From a virus (taxonomy: Duplodnaviria > Caudoviricetes), in the IMG/VR virus record IMGVR_UViG_3300020181_000020, positions 1-38,673 of that record: a stretch of DNA of 38,673 bases. One strand, 5' to 3'. Positions 36,253 through 38,673 of the stretch are shown here, in pieces. The notes below the pieces were generated by a model that searched no databases, had not been told where the DNA came from, and saw only the letters and a list, made by a program, of their open reading frames with translations. Within the stretch, counting starts at the first letter, position 1. Each line of letters starts with the position of its first letter. A program made the translations under genes and the position numbers.

Positions 36253-36332
36253 CAACAGCGTGAGGAATAAAGGCTTCGGCCTCCTCGCCCGGTGTTGAAG
36301 CCCGGCGTGAGTCTGCGATAAAGACGCCATAT

Positions 36333-36405
36333 GATGCGGTGTGTGCTGGTACGCAACTTGGATTTTCACTCCAAGCCATCGCGGGTTCGATCCCCGTCCG
36401 CATTA
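36333..36405 (+). tRNA. tRNA-Glu(TTC), atypical D arm
   Basis: GATGCGG/CCGCATT; TTGGA-TTTTCAC-TCCAA; GGTTCGATCCC. Confidence 0.75.
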
Positions 36406-36408
36406 CGT

Positions 36409-36484
36409 TACAGGGTCGGAGACAATGGGTTATCTATTACAACACATTATGGAAACTATCCCACCGTCAATCACATATCCTGTA
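36409..36484 (+). ncRNA. Y RNA-like scaffold copy 2 (short insert)
   Basis: TACAGGGT/ATCCTGTA outer stem; CGGA, GGTTATC and ATCACAT motifs. Confidence 0.6.
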
Positions 36485-36490
36485 TCTTAT

Positions 36491-36561
36491 GCCCGTCTCG
36501 TCTAATGGTAGGACAAGAGCTTCCAAACCTCTTAGCGTGAGTTCGATTCTTACGGCGGGTG
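36491..36561 (+). tRNA. tRNA-Trp(CCA)
   Basis: GCCCGTC/GGCGGGT with G discriminator; loop TTCCAAA (C-C mismatch closes the stem); TTCGATT T loop. Confidence 0.8.
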
Positions 36562-36572
36562 CAATGATCCAA

Positions 36573-36660
36573 AGTACACGGATCAGAGTCTTAGTATATG
36601 TGGTTAGCTTGAAGCTTTCCGCACCGCTGCTAGGACGATCTGATGAATTCTATTGGTACT
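36573..36660 (+). ncRNA. Divergent Y RNA-like scaffold copy
   Basis: AGTAC/GTACT; CGGA; TCAGA/TCTGA; GTCTTAG/CTAGGAC; GGTTAGC variant of GGTTATC. Confidence 0.35.
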
Positions 36661-36724
36661 CAAGATAAATGCAGTCTGGTATCGTAGGGTCGCCCCCTGT
36701 TAGTCAGACAGTTCATCAGATAAT

Positions 36725-36798
36725 CGGAGTGTGGCGCAGTTTGGTAGCGCATCTGGTTTGGGACCAGAGGGCCGCAGGTTCAAATCCTGTCACTCCGA
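36725..36798 (+). tRNA. tRNA-Pro(TGG)
   Basis: CGGAGTG/CACTCCG; TCTGG-TTTGGGA-CCAGA; GGTTCAAATCC. Confidence 0.95.
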
Positions 36799-36822
36799 CA
36801 AACTAGAGTAGGCATACTCTAG

Positions 36823-37021
36823 GAGTGTGGCGGAATAACCGGTAAAGCAAGTATGGCCGGTAACGCACATTCGGTGGAAGATAACGGCCCAGGCTAATTC
36901 AGTGAGGGAACCGGAGGCAGGTAGCACCTGTTCGAATCCATGCTTAGCGGCTAACGAATGGTTGAGAGAGTACAATTGGCGACACTTGCCTCTCTCATGG
37001 TGGAAGCAAGTCCACCCGCTC
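36823..37021 (+). ncRNA. Unclassified structured RNA of about 200 nt between two tRNA-Pro genes
   Basis: Multiple helices; tRNA-like 5' segment (GTGGCGGAATA) and T-arm-like 3' end. Confidence 0.45.
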
Positions 37022-37027
37022 ATACAT

Positions 37028-37099
37028 CAGCCTCGGGGAAGACGGTAATCTGCTTGTTTTGGATACAAGAGAAACTGGGTTCGACTCCCAGGGGGCTGA
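37028..37099 (+). tRNA. tRNA-Pro(TGG), second divergent copy
   Basis: CAGCCTC/GGGGCTG with A discriminator; CTTGT-TTTGGAT-ACAAG; GGTTCGACTCC. Confidence 0.85.
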
Positions 37100-37148
37100 C
37101 GAGGGGAAAGCTACCGCCTCATAGTCTATAAAGCAAAGGGTAGCACAT

Positions 37149-37223
37149 TGGAGTATAGCTCGGTCTGGTTAGAGCCATCGTCTGATAAGCGATAGGTCGT
37201 GGGTTCAAATCCCACTGCTCCAA
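37149..37223 (+). tRNA. tRNA-Ile(GAT)
   Basis: TGGAGTA/TGCTCCA; ATCGT-CTGATAA-GCGAT; GGTTCAAATCC. Confidence 0.93.
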
Positions 37224-37254
37224 CGTAAAGTAACCCTACTATCAAAGGAACACA

Positions 37255-37374
37255 ATGAAAGATATGGTTTGGGAGTTTGTCGATAAGGCAACTCGGATTA
37301 TTTCATGGAATGTAACTGGCGAAGAGTCTGGTCTTTGGGACATTGCAATTGCTATCGCCGGTTGGTTCTCGTGA
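37255..37374 (+). CDS. Small hypothetical protein (39 aa)
   Basis: AAGGA SD, ATG; GTGA overlap with the next gene. Confidence 0.5.
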   Translation: MKDMVWEFVDKATRIISWNVTGEESGLWDIAIAIAGWFS

Positions 37375-37613
37375 ACGCTGGCGAATTAAAGGCTCTGTTA
37401 AAGGATATTCCTGACGACGCCCCGGTTGTAATTGCAAGTGATGAAGAAGGTAATAGCTTCCATCACTTTAATGCATTCGGTTATGGCTTAGTAGAAGATT
37501 TGGATGCCTACGAGCTAGAGCTAACTAACGAAGAAGATATCAAGGAAGACTATGGTGACGACGCAGACATTGCGATGGAACGGTTCACCGAAGTATTCAT
37601 TTTGTGGCCTTAA
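37371..37613 (+). CDS. Acidic hypothetical protein
   Basis: GELKALLKDIPDDAPVVIASDEEGNSF...LWP; GTG start 37371. Confidence 0.7.
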   Translation: MNAGELKALLKDIPDDAPVVIASDEEGNSFHHFNAFGYGLVEDLDAYELELTNEEDIKEDYGDDADIAMERFTEVFILWP

Positions 37614-38164
37614 GGAGAATAATGGGTTGGTTGCACGGAGATAAGAACTTTTGGGGCAAGCTTCCAAGTTTTATGCTAGGTCATATGACCGTAAGAACGA
37701 CACTTCGCGGTGAATCTGACGAAATGGAAGCCGAGCCCTGGACCCATCAGCCAATTGAAAAGGCTAACCTTATTACCTCTAAGGTAGAGCGTTATCCTTA
37801 TGGCATTGAGTACCACCGCCCGGTCTTGGATATTGATTTCGAAGCAGAGCTAATTCCTAGTTCTACACCGGGTCACTATCACTTGTACCTTAATAAGCAG
37901 ATTTCTAAGACAAGCTACATGCAACTATTGCGTGATCTTGCTAGGGCTGATATCATTCAGCAGGGGTTTGCGGACTCAGCAATTGAACGGGGCGCATCAA
38001 GCGCCCGGTTGCCTTGGATTAAAAAGGATGATTGGGCAGCCAATCAGGGTGATCCTGAGGCAAGTGTAGCAAAGCTTAGAAAGAAGCTAGAAGAGGCAGA
38101 GCGTGAGGCAGCGCGGTTGAGAGTGCAGTTAGATGATGCACTTGACAACGACTTCACCTTCTGA
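37604..38164 (+). CDS. Hypothetical protein
   Basis: HRPVLDIDF...IPSSTPGHYHLY core; start uncertain (ATG 37622 has an AAGGAG SD). Confidence 0.7.
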   Translation: MALRRIMGWLHGDKNFWGKLPSFMLGHMTVRTTLRGESDEMEAEPWTHQPIEKANLITSKVERYPYGIEYHRPVLDIDFEAELIPSSTPGHYHLYLNKQISKTSYMQLLRDLARADIIQQGFADSAIERGASSARLPWIKKDDWAANQGDPEASVAKLRKKLEEAEREAARLRVQLDDALDNDFTF

Positions 38165-38170
38165 TAGACT
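38142..38170 (+). promoter_or_regulatory. SigA-type promoter of the second Y-like RNA operon
   Basis: TTGACA-17nt-TAGACT with extended -10 TG. Confidence 0.75.
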
Positions 38171-38177
38171 AGTAAGA

Positions 38178-38307
38178 GTAAGGGCCGGAAGGCAACGGTT
38201 ATCACAGTGGATAAAGGAGGGGAAACCTATCCGAGTGGGTCCAAATCCCACAAAGCAATACGTCAGGAGCACGTTACGCCCTTTCCGTTCCTATAACATG
38301 ACCTTAC
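38178..38307 (+). ncRNA. Y RNA-like scaffold copy 3 (degenerate tRNA-like insert)
   Basis: GTAAGG/CCTTAC; CGGA; AACGG-TTATC...CCGTT; ATAACAT; T-arm-like GTGGG-TCCAAAT-CCCAC. Confidence 0.65.
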
Positions 38308-38313
38308 ATACAA

Positions 38314-38386
38314 GGGCGCGTAGCTCAGCGGTAGAGCGGTTGGTTTACACCCAATTGGTCGTGGGTTCGATCCCCACCGTCGCCCA
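38314..38386 (+). tRNA. tRNA-Val(TAC), bulged acceptor stem
   Basis: GGGCGCG/CGTCGCCC; GTTGG-TTTACAC-CCAAT; GGTTCGATCCC. Confidence 0.88.
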
Positions 38387-38389
38387 CTT

Positions 38390-38496
38390 GTTGGTACGGA
38401 CGCAACTCAGTTATCATTAGTTCGAATCTAATCGGGACCACCTACGGTCCCGGTGCCTCGGTGGTAGAGGCGTCTGAGAGCAATAACATTACCAAC
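38390..38496 (+). ncRNA. YrlA-like Y RNA with circularly permuted tRNA domain (copy 4)
   Basis: T arm ATTAG-TTCGAAT-CTAAT, closed acceptor stem CGGGACC/GGTCCCG, then D arm CCTC-GGTGGTA-GAGG, inside the scaffold. Confidence 0.8.
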
Positions 38497-38504
38497 GTCA
38501 AATT

Positions 38505-38639
38505 TGTGGGTCGGACGCATTAACGGTTATCGCATTGGAAGCCGTAGGTCGGAGGTTCGAATCCTTCACCCCCAACCACGATGGGGGTTAGCTCAGTGGT
38601 AGAGCAACGTAAAAACCCGTTAGCAATAACATATCCACA
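38505..38639 (+). ncRNA. YrlA-like Y RNA with circularly permuted tRNA domain (copy 5)
   Basis: T arm GGAGG-TTCGAAT-CCTTC, closed acceptor stem ACCCCCA/TGGGGGT, then D arm GCTC-AGTGGTA-GAGC, inside the scaffold. Confidence 0.82.
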
Positions 38640-38653
38640 TCAAAACTTAACAA

Positions 38654-38673
38654 CGATGGGCCGGATGGATTCG
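38654..38673 (+). ncRNA. Start of a further scaffold copy, truncated by the window end
   Basis: GGGCCGGATGG is identical to the 5' arm of copy 1. Confidence 0.5.

Noticed and set aside
36333-36405. tRNA with UCA (Sec/opal) anticodon
   Set aside because: The best 7-nt loop is TTTTCAC, centring TTC (Glu); there is no long variable arm.
36823-37021. tmRNA
   Set aside because: Too short, no GGGG 5' end with an alanine G3-U acceptor stem, and no recognisable tag ORF.
36253-37144. Theta/HDV-like or twister ribozymes after tRNA-Gly and tRNA-Pro
   Set aside because: Could not assemble P1/P1.1/P3 of the HDV fold or the L1/P2 core of twister; kept only as unclassified structures.
36331-38420. ORF-track entries 36331-36540, 36339-36668, 36790-37023 and 38133-38420
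   Set aside because: They overlap tRNA and ncRNA genes and lack SD sites or protein-like features.
36102-38673. Scaffold repeats as a CRISPR array or DNA-level repeat
   Set aside because: Copies conserve base pairing rather than sequence, are irregularly spaced and are separated by tRNA genes.

Overview
The window is a 38.7-kb internal segment of a large tailed dsDNA phage, and essentially all real genes are on the + strand. Gene content and order suggest a siphovirus of Actinobacteria (inference, resembling the large tRNA-rich Streptomyces/Rhodococcus-type phages). In order it holds: (1) a tail module (3' part of the tape measure with peptidase and transglycosylase domains, minor tail proteins, repeat-rich tail fibre with C-terminal chaperone); (2) HNH, phosphoesterase and holin-like genes; (3) a replication/recombination module (DnaB, primase, SSB, DnaE, two MazG-like genes, RecA, resolvases, Cas4-like nuclease); (4) an FkbM methyltransferase, terminase and HNH; (5) from about 34.4 kb to the end, a dense non-coding RNA region. 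That RNA region is the most interesting part. It has nine tRNA genes, one with a CUA (amber-reading) anticodon. It also has a family of at least five complete copies (plus one divergent and one truncated) of a covarying stem scaffold (CGGA...GTTATC...AACAT) carrying interchangeable inserts; two inserts are circularly permuted tRNA domains, the architecture of Ro60-associated YrlA Y RNAs. Several further structured RNAs and pseudoknots could not be classified. All calls come from reading the sequence by eye; no searches were run.
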